Positions 20,773-30,490 of a DNA stretch of 64,000 bases are shown here, one piece after another. The translations under genes were made by a program, and so were the position numbers. This stretch comes from Candidatus Latescibacterota bacterium. GTDB lineage: Bacteria; Latescibacterota; UBA2968; UBA8231. Position 1 is the stretch's first letter, and each line of letters starts with the position of its first letter. The stretch lies in the NCBI GenBank assembly GCA_965206595.1, contig OZ242214.1:480001-544000 (forward strand). The letters are read 5' to 3'. The notes beneath the pieces were generated by a model. It saw only the letters and a list, made by a program, of their open reading frames with translations. It was not told the DNA's origin and ran no database searches.

Positions 20773-21090
20773 TTACTCAGCGCGTTCCGCCACCTTCTGC
20801 GGCATAAGTCGGTATCCCATCGCCCGCATTATCGAGTTGATGTTGTCGAGGCGCGGATTCCCTTTGGAAGAGAGCGCTTTCTGCAATCCATGACGAGTCA
20901 TCCCGACTTCATCGGCCATCGCGGACAGGCTCCTGACGCGGGCAACGATTCGCAACGCAGACAGCAACGCCGCGGAATCGCCATCCGCGGCGTACTCCTC
21001 GAAGTTCTCCGTCAGAAAGTCCTCTATCTCCTCGGGGTGCTCTCTGAAATACTGCTCGGTCACTTGTCCCAACGTCCTGTACTTAGACAT
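20773..21090 (-). CDS. Putative addiction-module antitoxin (HI1420-like HTH)
   Basis: LSALRIVAR...MADEVGMTRHGLQKALSSKGNPRLD. Confidence 0.85.
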   Translation of the reverse strand: MSKYRTLGQVTEQYFREHPEEIEDFLTENFEEYAADGDSAALLSALRIVARVRSLSAMADEVGMTRHGLQKALSSKGNPRLDNINSIMRAMGYRLMPQKVAERAE

Positions 21091-21127
21091 GGCTCAAATA
21101 CTCCTTCCAATATGCTCTTGCTTTCTG
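21083..21127 (-). pseudogene. C-terminal remnant of cognate RelE-like (HI1419-type) toxin
   Basis: QKARAYWKEYLSHV* overlaps the antitoxin start; in-frame stop just upstream. Confidence 0.55.
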
Positions 21128-21263
21128 TAGTAGAAATTAGAGACGCCAACTATAGTTGGCAATCAAGGCCGGAGCGAATTCCTTACGGCCTATGTCAGAA
21201 CAGGCGCAGAGCCGAAGTTTGGATCGATCGAAGCAATCCAGTTGAACGCGAAAGGGGGCTGCA

Positions 21264-23276
21264 ATGGCAGGGGGGCGCATTCCGGACGGACCGCTGGTAA
21301 CCTTCGAAGATATCGCGGGCGCCCTGCGGCAGTTGAGCATCGGTGACGGCGGCGTCGTCTACATCCACAGCTCGCTCAGCAGCATGGGGTACGTGGAAGG
21401 CGGGGCCGATACCGTCATCGATGCGTTCCTGCACGTCCTCGGTCCGGCAGGAACGTTCTGTGTTCCCACCATCGTCTACGCCGCCCAAGGGCCGCGGCCG
21501 CCGTTCGACGTTCAGCGAACCCCTTCCGAGGTCGGACGCATCACCGAAACCGCTCGACTGCGCGCCGCGGCGCGGCGCAGCAACAATCCAACCCACAGCG
21601 TCGCGGCTATCGGGACGCGGGCGGAGGAGATAACGACCGGGCACGACCGCGGGAAGGGACGACCGAGCCCCTGGGGTGAGCTGGCCTTCGGCCACGAAAG
21701 CCCGTGGCAGCGATTCTACGACCTCGACGCCACCCTCGTGCTCCTGGGTGTCGACTGGGAGGTCAACACGATGTTCCACTACCAGCAGTGCGTCTTCATC
21801 GAGCCGTACTGGAGCGAGTTCTCGGTCGAGCCCCCTTTTCCCTACTACGACCGAACACCCATGGGACGCGCCCTGGAGGCAGCCGGCATCGTGCGCACAC
21901 GACCGCTGGGTTCGGCGACGGTGACGTGTGTGGAGTCGAGACCGATGGTGGACACGGCCAGCGAGGTGCTGGCGGAAAACCCGGCCCGGTTTTTCAAGGA
22001 CGCCGGGAAGGTTGAGTTCGTTCGCTGGTACCGGAGTCTCCCGGCGCGGCGGCGACGTCTCAGAGCGGGTGCGGCGAAGCTCACGCTGACTCCGTCTGGA
22101 GATCTCCCGGGAGAGAGTCCGGTGCTGGAGCCCCTCCACGTGCGCGCCCTCGTTCTCGAGCTGCAGGAGCGCAGCGCCGCGATCGTGCTTTGCGACCTGC
22201 ACGGGATGAGCAGCCGGCATGTCGTCAAAGCCAGAAGGCAGGTTGAAGAGCGGACCGGCATTCCGGCGGCGCACGTGATGATTGCGTGCACCCACAACCA
22301 CGCCGGACCCGATGCCGCCGACCCCCGGGGAGAGGCGGCGGAGCGGCTCTGCGCCGACGCCGCATCGAGGATCGCAGAGGTCGTCGCTACCGCGCAGGAC
22401 AACCTCCGGGAAGCCCGTGCCGGCACGGCGAGGACGCGGCTCGAGGGGATCGCCCGCAACCGGCGGATGCGCCTTGCGGACGGCAGCGTCGTCACCCTGC
22501 GCCGCTTCGTGCCGTCGTCGTGGCACCAGCTCGAGAAGTGCGTGGAAGCCGGCCCCGTGGATGACGAGCTGACGGTGCTTCGCCTGGAAGGCCTCGAGGG
22601 AGAGCCGGTCGCGGTGCTCACGAGCCTCGGATGTCACAACGATACCGGCGGCATGTACTCGCCCGTCGGGATTTCGGGGGATTTCTTCGGTCACGCCATG
22701 CTGACTCTGGAGAAGCTCTATCCGGGCTGTGCTGCGATGATCGGTTTCGGCGCGGGGGGCGACGTGGACTTCGATTTCCTGCCGTATCTCAACCTCTCGA
22801 GGGCGCGCCGCGAGTATCCGTTCCAGCGGTTCGGCAGGCTGCTGGCTGCCCGGATTGCCGCTGCCAGCGAACGCATCGTGGTCGATGACGGCGGACAGCT
22901 GGAGGTCCGCTCGGAGAGCGTTCCGCTGCGGTTGCGGCCCGGGGCGCGTCAACCGGGCCCGGATGCCGGCGACCTGACTGCCGAGGTGCAGGCGATCCGG
23001 ATCGGAGACCTCGCCGTGGTGGGAGTACCCGGAGAGCTGTTCGCCGAGACCTCGATCGCCCTCAGGGCGGAATCACCGGTTGACAGGCAGATCGTCATCG
23101 GGCTGGCGAACGGCGACCTCGGCTACATACCGCCGCCGGCTGCTTTTGGCAGGGGAGGCTATGAGCTCGAAAACCTGCGCTCACGCGTGGACGAGCGCGC
23201 GGAGCCCGAGCTCAGGAGAAGGACCTCGGGCCTGCTCGCGGACATGGCGAGGGAGCGGACAGCCATCGGCGGGTGA
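21264..23276 (+). CDS. Fusion of AAC(3)-family N-acetyltransferase and ceramidase-like amidohydrolase
   Basis: N-term IHSSLSSMGYVEGG, RSNNPTHSVAAIG, LLGV...NTMFHY; C-term CTHNHAGP, RNRR, ISGDF, VPGELF, GYIP. Confidence 0.85.
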   Translation: MAGGRIPDGPLVTFEDIAGALRQLSIGDGGVVYIHSSLSSMGYVEGGADTVIDAFLHVLGPAGTFCVPTIVYAAQGPRPPFDVQRTPSEVGRITETARLRAAARRSNNPTHSVAAIGTRAEEITTGHDRGKGRPSPWGELAFGHESPWQRFYDLDATLVLLGVDWEVNTMFHYQQCVFIEPYWSEFSVEPPFPYYDRTPMGRALEAAGIVRTRPLGSATVTCVESRPMVDTASEVLAENPARFFKDAGKVEFVRWYRSLPARRRRLRAGAAKLTLTPSGDLPGESPVLEPLHVRALVLELQERSAAIVLCDLHGMSSRHVVKARRQVEERTGIPAAHVMIACTHNHAGPDAADPRGEAAERLCADAASRIAEVVATAQDNLREARAGTARTRLEGIARNRRMRLADGSVVTLRRFVPSSWHQLEKCVEAGPVDDELTVLRLEGLEGEPVAVLTSLGCHNDTGGMYSPVGISGDFFGHAMLTLEKLYPGCAAMIGFGAGGDVDFDFLPYLNLSRARREYPFQRFGRLLAARIAAASERIVVDDGGQLEVRSESVPLRLRPGARQPGPDAGDLTAEVQAIRIGDLAVVGVPGELFAETSIALRAESPVDRQIVIGLANGDLGYIPPPAAFGRGGYELENLRSRVDERAEPELRRRTSGLLADMARERTAIGG

Positions 23277-23323
23277 ACGCGCTCTGCGCTCGTGACCGCT
23301 CACGCCATGAATACTCATCCGTG

Positions 23324-25087
23324 TCAGGCAGGACGAGTGCCGCGCGATGCCGGTGGGAGGTTCCAGCGTGTCCCGGCGATGAAGTAGCGCCCGAACAGGT
23401 GGTACCAGTAAACCGTCAGCATCCTGCCGCCATCGAGCTCGACGGAGACCGGGTATCCCATATCCGTGTTGGGCATATCGTCCCTGAGAACCCGCACGGG
23501 CCCCCAGGTCTCCCCCTCATCCTCGCTGATCGACACGCGTATGCCGTTGGTCTCGAGCGTGGCGCTTTCGGGATGACCCGGCTTGAGGCCGTAGCCGAAG
23601 TCTCCCCGGTAGCCGATGGAGCAGAGGAGCCTGCCGTCGCTGAGGACGAGCAGGTCTCCCCGTCCGCCATCGAAGAGCGGGATCTCCCTCGGCGTGCTCC
23701 ACGAAACGCCGTCGTCGTCTGAAAACGACTGCCACAGATTGCCGCCCCGCGGGGGTTGGGTGCGCATCACGGCGACGATCCGGCCCGACCTGGTTCGCGC
23801 CAGCGACGGCTCGCACGGCCAGGGCAGGTGAGCGCTCTCCACATCTTCTTCGCCGATAGTGGACAGGTATTGCCAGGTGGAGCCCCGGTCGTCCGACGCG
23901 AACACGGCAGCCGACTTCGGCGCTCCTTTCGGCGCGACATTGTCGAGCGGCATGAGAATCCTGCCGCCGGGCAGCTCCAGGCACTTGCATTCGGCTATGG
24001 CAGTGGCAAAGGGGGCGTGATCGAACTCGATGGGCTCCTTCTCCCAACTGTGTCCGCCATCGAAGGAACGCAGAACGTGGATGTGATAGTTGCGCCGGTC
24101 CGTCGGTAGGGGGGCGCCCGTGACCGGATCGTAGCGGTCGGAATGCATGTAGTGCATGAGCACGGTACCGTCTCGCAGTTGCATCATCGACGGGTCCCGG
24201 TGGTCCTCGCGGTCACGCTCCGAGACGACCTGATGCTCCGACCAGGTCCGGCCGCCGTCGGAGGAGCGAACGGCGCACACCCGGCCGTTGAGCGCGGACG
24301 TAAAGCCGATTACATGCTCGGGTCCTTCGCGGAAGGCCAGGAGCAGATCGCCGTCGTCGAGCTTCAACACATCGGGCTTCATCACGCAGTGTTTCTCGTG
24401 CGTCCACAGAATCGCGTGTTCGGCCTCGGACGAGTCGGGGAAGTGATCGCGATACACCATTCTGGCCAGGGCGTTGGTGACGTTCTTCAGCTTCAGGTAA
24501 TCGGTCTTGAGGGCGGCCAGCTCCTGCGCCAGGGTTTCCGGCCCCTGCTGCAGCGTGTCCTTGCGGCCGGTGACGGCAAACCAGGTGATGCAGTCGACCT
24601 GCTGCGGCCGCAGCGCCACTCCGATTCGAACCCCCTTGCCGGGCTCTACGAGCCGCGCCGGTACGGACAGCCGGTAGAGGCCGCTGTTGCCGGGCATCTC
24701 CCAATGCCGGTGATATCCCTCGAATGGGGTCGCGACGCTCTCAGGGATGAACTCGAGCTCGAGGTCCTCTCCTTTCCACACGGCGGGCCGCCTGATGCCG
24801 AGATCGAAATCCAGCGCATGCTCACCGTTCACCGAAAGCTCGGCCTTGTTGCCGTACACGTACCCGTAGGGCAGGTTGGCGCTGACGCCGACGAAGCAGA
24901 AAACGGTGTCCCGCTGCTGCGGGCAGGGCGCCGTGAGCCAGGCGAGGTTCTCCTGCGGTCCGCTCTTCCACCACAAGGGGGTGAACCAGCCGGTCGTGGG
25001 ACCGCGGTAATCTGCGACAGGGATGGCTGCAGCAGACGCAACTATCGACTCGAAGCCTTCGACAGTCTGGTATCCTTCATCGTTCAT
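23324..25087 (-). CDS. Sialidase/BNR-repeat propeller with N-terminal extra domain
   Basis: Asp-boxes SSDGGRTW, SFDGGHSW, SDDRGSTW, SDDDGVSW, SEDEGETW; DMGYP. Confidence 0.85.
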   Translation of the reverse strand: MNDEGYQTVEGFESIVASAAAIPVADYRGPTTGWFTPLWWKSGPQENLAWLTAPCPQQRDTVFCFVGVSANLPYGYVYGNKAELSVNGEHALDFDLGIRRPAVWKGEDLELEFIPESVATPFEGYHRHWEMPGNSGLYRLSVPARLVEPGKGVRIGVALRPQQVDCITWFAVTGRKDTLQQGPETLAQELAALKTDYLKLKNVTNALARMVYRDHFPDSSEAEHAILWTHEKHCVMKPDVLKLDDGDLLLAFREGPEHVIGFTSALNGRVCAVRSSDGGRTWSEHQVVSERDREDHRDPSMMQLRDGTVLMHYMHSDRYDPVTGAPLPTDRRNYHIHVLRSFDGGHSWEKEPIEFDHAPFATAIAECKCLELPGGRILMPLDNVAPKGAPKSAAVFASDDRGSTWQYLSTIGEEDVESAHLPWPCEPSLARTRSGRIVAVMRTQPPRGGNLWQSFSDDDGVSWSTPREIPLFDGGRGDLLVLSDGRLLCSIGYRGDFGYGLKPGHPESATLETNGIRVSISEDEGETWGPVRVLRDDMPNTDMGYPVSVELDGGRMLTVYWYHLFGRYFIAGTRWNLPPASRGTRPA

Positions 25088-25282
25088 CTCGCATCTCCTG
25101 GGTGGAGAGACCTGCCCCGGCGAGCATCGGGGTTGGCGCGCGCGGACACCCCTCGACAGGCCGGATCTTCAGCATACTGACGACAACAGCGGGACGCCGA
25201 CGCAAGAACGGTGGTCATGGAACTCCGGCTCCGCAGCAACGGCAGCGACGCCGAAATCCCGTTTATCCTGCCTACCTTTGGA

Positions 25283-26353
25283 TCAACCGTAGACCGCCTG
25301 AATCATGGCATTGATGTAGCCGAAGCAGTAAGCATAGGACTGGTAGTAGCCCTTCGGATCGTCGTCGGTGCGCGGGACGTGGTCGGGATCAATGCCGTAA
25401 CGGTAGCCTGTGTCCTTGAGGGCCTTCAATACCCGGTGGAAGTCCATGTCTCCTTCATCGGGCAGAGCCTCGCGGAAGCTGTAGCGCCCTCCGAGGAGGT
25501 TGCGATAGTGAACCAGGAAGATCGTATTGCGGCTGCCAAAGTATTCCATGATGGGGTAGATTTCACTGGCAGGATCTTCGAGCCCTTCGGCGATGGAGCC
25601 GACGCAGAAGTTCCAGCCGTGATACGGACTGCGCTGTATCTCGATGAAACGCTTCATCCCCTCAAAGTCATTGAGGACTTTGTCAACGCCCTTGTAACCG
25701 GGGGGTGTGGCAGGGTCTTCCTGGGAATTGCCCATTCGAACCTTGCATTCTTCCGCCACCGGAATCATGCGTTCGAGCAGGTACTCGATTCGTTCCCAGT
25801 GCATGTCTGCCGTGACTCGCCCGGCTTCAGTCAGCCTGGCCTGTTCTTCTGCCGGGACCTTGTCCAGGCGGAACGCCGTGTGGTAGTAGCCGCCGCGACC
25901 TTCTTCTCGTTCGGTGCGGTCGATGGGCAGGATGCAAGTGTTATAGCGCAGAGAATCGATACCGGCGCGCGAAGCGGTTCGGATCATTTCGCATACGAGG
26001 TCGATTTCCCGGTCGCGCTCCGGGCTTTTGCCATAGTAGATGATGTTGGGAAATTCCTGATAAATGGGTAGCAGGCTCATATCCAGTGTCAGGCCGAAGG
26101 CCTCGTGGTGCTCTCTTTCCCGGACCAACTCGTCCAGATCCCAGCCACGGCCGGGGTGGAAGGGAAAGGTGGCGGCCTTGTGGCGCACGCCGCAGCGCTG
26201 CAAAAAGCGCAACTCGGCATCAGTTGACCCGAAACTCTGTGTGCGCACATACATACGCCCGCGGTTGGCCGATGTTTGTGAAGCGCCTCCGGCGGCAGAA
26301 GCCGCCGCCTCACCGGCTGCGAGACCTTTTTCGAATGGATCGGATTTCTTCAT
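25283..26353 (-). CDS. Mannonate dehydratase (UxuA)-like protein
   Basis: ERDREID, YLLERMIPVAEE, NFCVGS, VHYRN, DEGDMD, PDHVP, YCFGYI. Confidence 0.8.
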   Translation of the reverse strand: MKKSDPFEKGLAAGEAAASAAGGASQTSANRGRMYVRTQSFGSTDAELRFLQRCGVRHKAATFPFHPGRGWDLDELVREREHHEAFGLTLDMSLLPIYQEFPNIIYYGKSPERDREIDLVCEMIRTASRAGIDSLRYNTCILPIDRTEREEGRGGYYHTAFRLDKVPAEEQARLTEAGRVTADMHWERIEYLLERMIPVAEECKVRMGNSQEDPATPPGYKGVDKVLNDFEGMKRFIEIQRSPYHGWNFCVGSIAEGLEDPASEIYPIMEYFGSRNTIFLVHYRNLLGGRYSFREALPDEGDMDFHRVLKALKDTGYRYGIDPDHVPRTDDDPKGYYQSYAYCFGYINAMIQAVYG

Positions 26354-26535
26354 GTGATTCCTTTCGTTGGTATGGCGTCGATGTGGCAGGACAGACGACG
26401 CACACTGCCGCTTTTTTGCTTGTGAATCAATATGTCTGTGATGGTATTCACCTGGCGGATTCGCGCGCAGGCACCCGGTCGATGAGCCGCGCCGTGTGAA
26501 ACTCCTGGAGCGGACCCCTCTTGCGGGAGGCAACA

Positions 26536-27039
26536 GTGGCCGAACGATTCAGCAGGAAGTACCGGATCATGTGGAACCAGAACGGGGGCGAGGAAGCCAG
26601 CTACCATCCCCCGATGACGCCGGAGAAGTATGCACAGGCGTTTCTCGGCTTCCTCGAGGGCACCCAGGTCGACGCATTCGTGTCCGGCCTGGGATGGGCC
26701 TCCGGGTACCAGGTGATTTATCCGACCGAGGTCGAGGGCATGGAGTTCATCGTCGACCGGATCGAGTCGGACGTCCCGGTGGGAACGGTCAAGGACTGGC
26801 AGTACGCCGAGAACGTGCGCCGCATCTGGGAGGCCGGATTCGATCCGATCCGGATCCGCATCGACGAGGCGCGCAGGCTCGGGATCGACTACTGGGCGCA
26901 TCTCCACATGAACGACTGGCATCACCTGGAGGTCCTCGACGGGGAGCGCAACATCCTGAGCAGCCGCTTCCACGAACAGAGGCGGGACCTGTTGATCGGC
27001 GAGGAGGGCACCTCCGGGCTTCCCGAAGGAGATTATATA
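26536..27039 (+). pseudogene. 3'-truncated glycoside hydrolase (GH10-like TIM barrel) fragment
   Basis: GTQVD, GFDP...ARRLGI...HMNDWHH; GC-rich codon style ends abruptly near 27030. Confidence 0.65.
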
Positions 27040-27042
27040 GAT

Positions 27043-27105
27043 GGCTTCGCAGGAACAGGGCTGGCCTCGGGCCGTCAGGATGCCAATCCGTTACTGATGC
27101 GAGCT
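27043..27105 (+). repeat. 63-bp direct repeat, copy 1
   Basis: 60/63 identical to 27440-27502. Confidence 0.95.
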
Positions 27106-27115
27106 GAGGATAACC

Positions 27116-27403
27116 TTATGGCTGCGGAATCTTCAGGAGTTCCTTCAGCAACAGAAGTGACTCAGCAGACAATTCCAAATCCACTCCTACGACCGATTCG
27201 GCCCATTCGGATCCCAGTAGAAAAGCTAATTTCGATTGATCCTCGGGACTCTGAGCGTCGGAGAGAATCGCCTGAAGATCATCGATCTTAAAGGTCAGTA
27301 ACTGATTAAATCTATTCCGAGCAGATGGGCCTAAGGACCCTATGAGACAAGCCAGTACGACAAGTGCAGCACCGGTGAGATCGCGTGGCTCATCTGTTGC
27401 CAT
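27116..27403 (-). CDS. Hypothetical protein
   Basis: RBS AAGGA; 95 aa with protein-like composition. Confidence 0.5.
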   Translation of the reverse strand: MATDEPRDLTGAALVVLACLIGSLGPSARNRFNQLLTFKIDDLQAILSDAQSPEDQSKLAFLLGSEWAESVVGVDLELSAESLLLLKELLKIPQP

Positions 27404-27439
27404 CGTGAGTTATCCTTGTATGGTGGCGAATCGACTTGC

Positions 27440-27502
27440 GGCTTCGCAGGAACAGGGCTGGCCTCGGGCCGTCAGGATGCCACCCCGTTGCTGATGCGAG
27501 CT
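27440..27502 (+). repeat. 63-bp direct repeat, copy 2
   Basis: Followed by RBS GAAAGGAG and ATG at 27521. Confidence 0.95.
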
Positions 27503-27520
27503 ACAGAAAGGAGAATTACT

Positions 27521-27772
27521 ATGATGGATGCTCTGGAGGTTGACCGCTCATCTGCTGCTGACCCTCTTCCAGAAAAGCCTTCAGCACTAGAACAACTCCT
27601 TGCGGATCTCCCTCCAGAAGAGGAAAAGAGAAATCGACGGACTCGTCAGATCCTGAGTGCTCTTCCTGGAGGCGAACGATTTGCCTACGCATTTCCTTGT
27701 AAACAGATCTTTTGCGCAAGGATCCAGGGCATACGTGAGGCTGTCTATCGTCAACGCAAGTGCTATGATTGA
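27521..27772 (+). CDS. Hypothetical phage-like protein
   Basis: Strong RBS; 83 aa. Confidence 0.5.
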   Translation: MMDALEVDRSSAADPLPEKPSALEQLLADLPPEEEKRNRRTRQILSALPGGERFAYAFPCKQIFCARIQGIREAVYRQRKCYD

Positions 27773-27927
27773 ATCAAGCACGGGCTGCATTGGGTGCTCC
27801 ATCATGATTCTCCTTGGACAGAGGAGGAGGTAAGGTGACGGCCTCATGATAGGAAAGCTGCTACGGAAGGGCCAGATTCGGGAAGTTCCATGAACCATCA
27901 CCTTCCTTCCTTCTGAGGAGGATCACC

Positions 27928-28113
27928 GTGGCCGTCGAGAATGCTGCCCTGGAGTCTGTTGCGCGTCTTTTTGACTACCGAGAGGCTGAATTATCTGAGT
28001 CTGTCAGTCTCAGCAGGGATGATTTTGAGCCTATTCATCCTCTAGGATCTGTGGTACGTCTCTTTGATGCAAAAGATGCTGTACTAGCTCAAGAACGGCG
28101 GAAGGTGAAGTGA
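27928..28113 (+). CDS. Small hypothetical protein with internal repeat
   Basis: RBS GAGGAGG; SVARLFD / SVVRLFD. Confidence 0.5.
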   Translation: MAVENAALESVARLFDYREAELSESVSLSRDDFEPIHPLGSVVRLFDAKDAVLAQERRKVK

Positions 28114-28279
28114 TAACCGGTTCTTGATCTGTTTTTCTTTTTCTGTTTTCGAGGTAGTGAATCCATTGTCGCAAGGTGCTGCTGAAACGAACCTGCGTAT
28201 CTTCATCTAAAGACTTGGCCAACGCGGCGACAGCTACATATGCTGCTACGCCGTGATCTACGTCGTTATATCGGGCCAT
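28031..28279 (-). CDS. Hypothetical protein
   Basis: RBS AAGGAGG. Confidence 0.5.
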   Translation of the reverse strand: MARYNDVDHGVAAYVAVAALAKSLDEDTQVRFSSTLRQWIHYLENRKRKTDQEPVITSPSAVLELVQHLLHQRDVPQILEDE

Positions 28280-28300
28280 TGAAATCTTCCTCCTTGAGAA

Positions 28301-28334
28301 AACGCCCTCCTGCGCTGAGCACAGGAGGGCGTTG
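28301..28334. terminator. Stem-loop, probable terminator
   Basis: AACGCCCTCCTG...CAGGAGGGCGTT inverted repeat. Confidence 0.55.
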
Positions 28335-28359
28335 GTATTCAGGCCGTTCCCGGGGGATC

Positions 28360-28557
28360 CTACTCCATAGAGTCGGGTTTTTGTTTGCAGAGGGCGTCCC
28401 TCAGGTCTTTCGCTGCTTGCTTTGGAAACTTGATTTCACACCACTCGTTTTCCTGGTTCGTGTATGAGATGGTTATGCTCTCTGATTTCTGGTTAAATGC
28501 TACATTTTCTAAGTCTTTTGCTGGAATCAACCTCTTGATAATCTTCGGCAGTGCCAT
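28360..28557 (-). CDS. Hypothetical protein
   Basis: RBS AAAGGA; MALPKIIKRL... Confidence 0.5.
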   Translation of the reverse strand: MALPKIIKRLIPAKDLENVAFNQKSESITISYTNQENEWCEIKFPKQAAKDLRDALCKQKPDSME

Positions 28558-28846
28558 GATCATTTTCCTTTTCCCAATGAGAATTTCGACCCGGGACGAG
28601 TGAATTGGCTTTGTCCAGATTGGACAGGGCGGCTCTCCGGTTAGCCCGGGTGGTTTCCCGGACGGCTTCGACGAGGGGTGAGTTCAAGACTCGCTTCAAC
28701 GTGTTTGCCAAGGCGGAAAGGGTACGCTCCCGATCGCCCTTGCGAAGAAGGTAGTCCTGGGTCTTTTCGCTTGGAGTCTTTTTGTGTATCTGAGCCCAGA
28801 GGTCAGGAGATATGTCTTGGGGTCTGGTAAGTATACTCATCATCAA
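28493..28846 (-). CDS. Hypothetical protein
   Basis: 117-aa ORF co-oriented with its neighbours; no motif recognised. Confidence 0.4.
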   Translation of the reverse strand: MMMSILTRPQDISPDLWAQIHKKTPSEKTQDYLLRKGDRERTLSALANTLKRVLNSPLVEAVRETTRANRRAALSNLDKANSLVPGRNSHWEKENDHGTAEDYQEVDSSKRLRKCSI

Positions 28847-28931
28847 ACACGGGTGGGAATGGAGGGTAGGGACATCACTCGGCGTCCTGGTTCTTCGTTT
28901 CTCTATGATTCGCCTTGATTTGCTTCCCTAT

Positions 28932-30490
28932 CAGGCCGTTGAAAAACCGGGGAATTCCGAAAAATCGGAAGGATTTAGAATGTAGGGTGTGTTTTGCGGT
29001 TAAATGGACCATTGGAGCGATATTCCCATATATAGAAACGAGCTCGAAAAGGGTAACGAAAAAAGCTTCAAACAGCGGCGCCTTCGGCTAAAGAACTCAA
29101 AAACCCTTTTTAAACGATCAGCGCAGGCCCCGAAACCCGATGCCAGCCCATGAAACCCCCTCGGGGTTCCGCTTCCGGTGAGCTTGCGCATGGCCAGGCC
29201 GAGATTGAAGGCGCCGCCATGAATACACAGGCGCTTGTAGAGGTTGGTGTGGCCGCGCAGGTGAGTGCGTCGCATCCCCCCGGTTTCATAGGTATGAGCA
29301 AAACTGCGTTCCGCAAACTCGGCGCGAAGCCGCTGCAGCCTCTTGCCTCGCTCTCCTCGAAGGCGCCGGCGATTCGCATACACCGCCGCCTTGGCCGGCG
29401 CATCCTTTTTCCAGTTTCGACGGCCGCGATCCGGTTCCGAAACGTAGCTGCGAATCTTCGCCTCCTTCAACGTCTTCATGGTGTGATTGCTGTGATAGCC
29501 CTTATCCGCCACCACTTCGCTGAGCGCCGTCTTCTCCTCGACATCCCCGACCTCTTGCAGAGTGCGATCGGCCTGGTCCAGACTCGCGGCCAGCGACTCG
29601 GTGTCCCCTTCATCGGCGCCACACACCTGGATGGCCACCAGCGCCTGGGTGTCCAGATCGACCGTATGCTCGGCCTTGTGAGCCAAATGAGTGCGTCCGT
29701 CTTTCATCTTGGTACTGCGGGCATCCGCATCATGAGGATGCTCCCAGTCCTTGTTGGACGCCTTGTTCGCACGCTTCTTGTCGAGCCGGGCCAGGTCCTG
29801 CTTCGTCGGGGTTTCGATCCCTTCGGCCCGGGCCAGTCCTTCCAGGTACTCATGGTAGGCTTTGCCCGTGTCCCGGCGCACGATGCTGCGCATGGCGGCG
29901 TTGGCTTCCAGCGTGGTGGCGTCCACCGCCACCGTCTTGCCCTTGAGCAGGTCGTGGTCGACCAACACCTTCAGCACCCAGTCGAAGACCGCTTGGTGCA
30001 CCTCCACCGGCAGGCGCCCGCGTAGGCGCGACAGACTCGAGTGCTCCGGGGGGGTTTCGCTCAAGGGGTAGCCCAGAAAGCGGCGCAGGGCCAGGGAATC
30101 GGCGACCCGCCAAGCGATGCCCCGCTCCGAGCCCAGCCCTTCGAAATAGCCGATCATGAGCAGGCGGAAATAGACCCCGGGAGCAATACTGGGGCGCCCC
30201 AACGTCTCGGCGTAATACGGGGCGCAGTGCGCTTCTACAAAGGCATCGAACCCATGCTCGGCCAGCAGCCTGTTGAGTCGAGTGTAAAACGGATGACCCG
30301 GCGTCTCGGACAGGGTGCGAGTCGGTACCCACATTTCTTGCTGCTGACTTTCTGGACGCTTGCTCATCGACATAACCGCCTCCTGACTTCGGCCCCTTTT
30401 CTTTGGTGTTTTCTAATCTAGAAAAGGCCGATACGACAAGCAATCCCGTTATTGCGGTTTTTAAGGAATCGAGGCTTTTTCAACAGCCTG
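28932..30490 (-). mobile_element. IS1182-family element
   Basis: IR CAGGCCGTTGAAAAA / TTTTTCAACAGCCTG; 4-bp target duplication CTAT. Confidence 0.88.
29000..30373 (-). CDS. IS1182-family DDE transposase
   Basis: GRPSIAP...SER...RRFLG (DUF772-like), VDATTLEANA, VADKGY, ERSFA. Confidence 0.92.
   Translation of the reverse strand: MSMSKRPESQQQEMWVPTRTLSETPGHPFYTRLNRLLAEHGFDAFVEAHCAPYYAETLGRPSIAPGVYFRLLMIGYFEGLGSERGIAWRVADSLALRRFLGYPLSETPPEHSSLSRLRGRLPVEVHQAVFDWVLKVLVDHDLLKGKTVAVDATTLEANAAMRSIVRRDTGKAYHEYLEGLARAEGIETPTKQDLARLDKKRANKASNKDWEHPHDADARSTKMKDGRTHLAHKAEHTVDLDTQALVAIQVCGADEGDTESLAASLDQADRTLQEVGDVEEKTALSEVVADKGYHSNHTMKTLKEAKIRSYVSEPDRGRRNWKKDAPAKAAVYANRRRLRGERGKRLQRLRAEFAERSFAHTYETGGMRRTHLRGHTNLYKRLCIHGGAFNLGLAMRKLTGSGTPRGFHGLASGFGACADRLKRVFEFFSRRRRCLKLFSLPFSSSFLYMGISLQWSI

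Noticed and set aside
27043-27502. CRISPR array or hammerhead ribozyme
   Set aside because: Only two 63-bp copies with a 334-bp gap and no cas genes; CTGATGC lacks the CUGAUGA core
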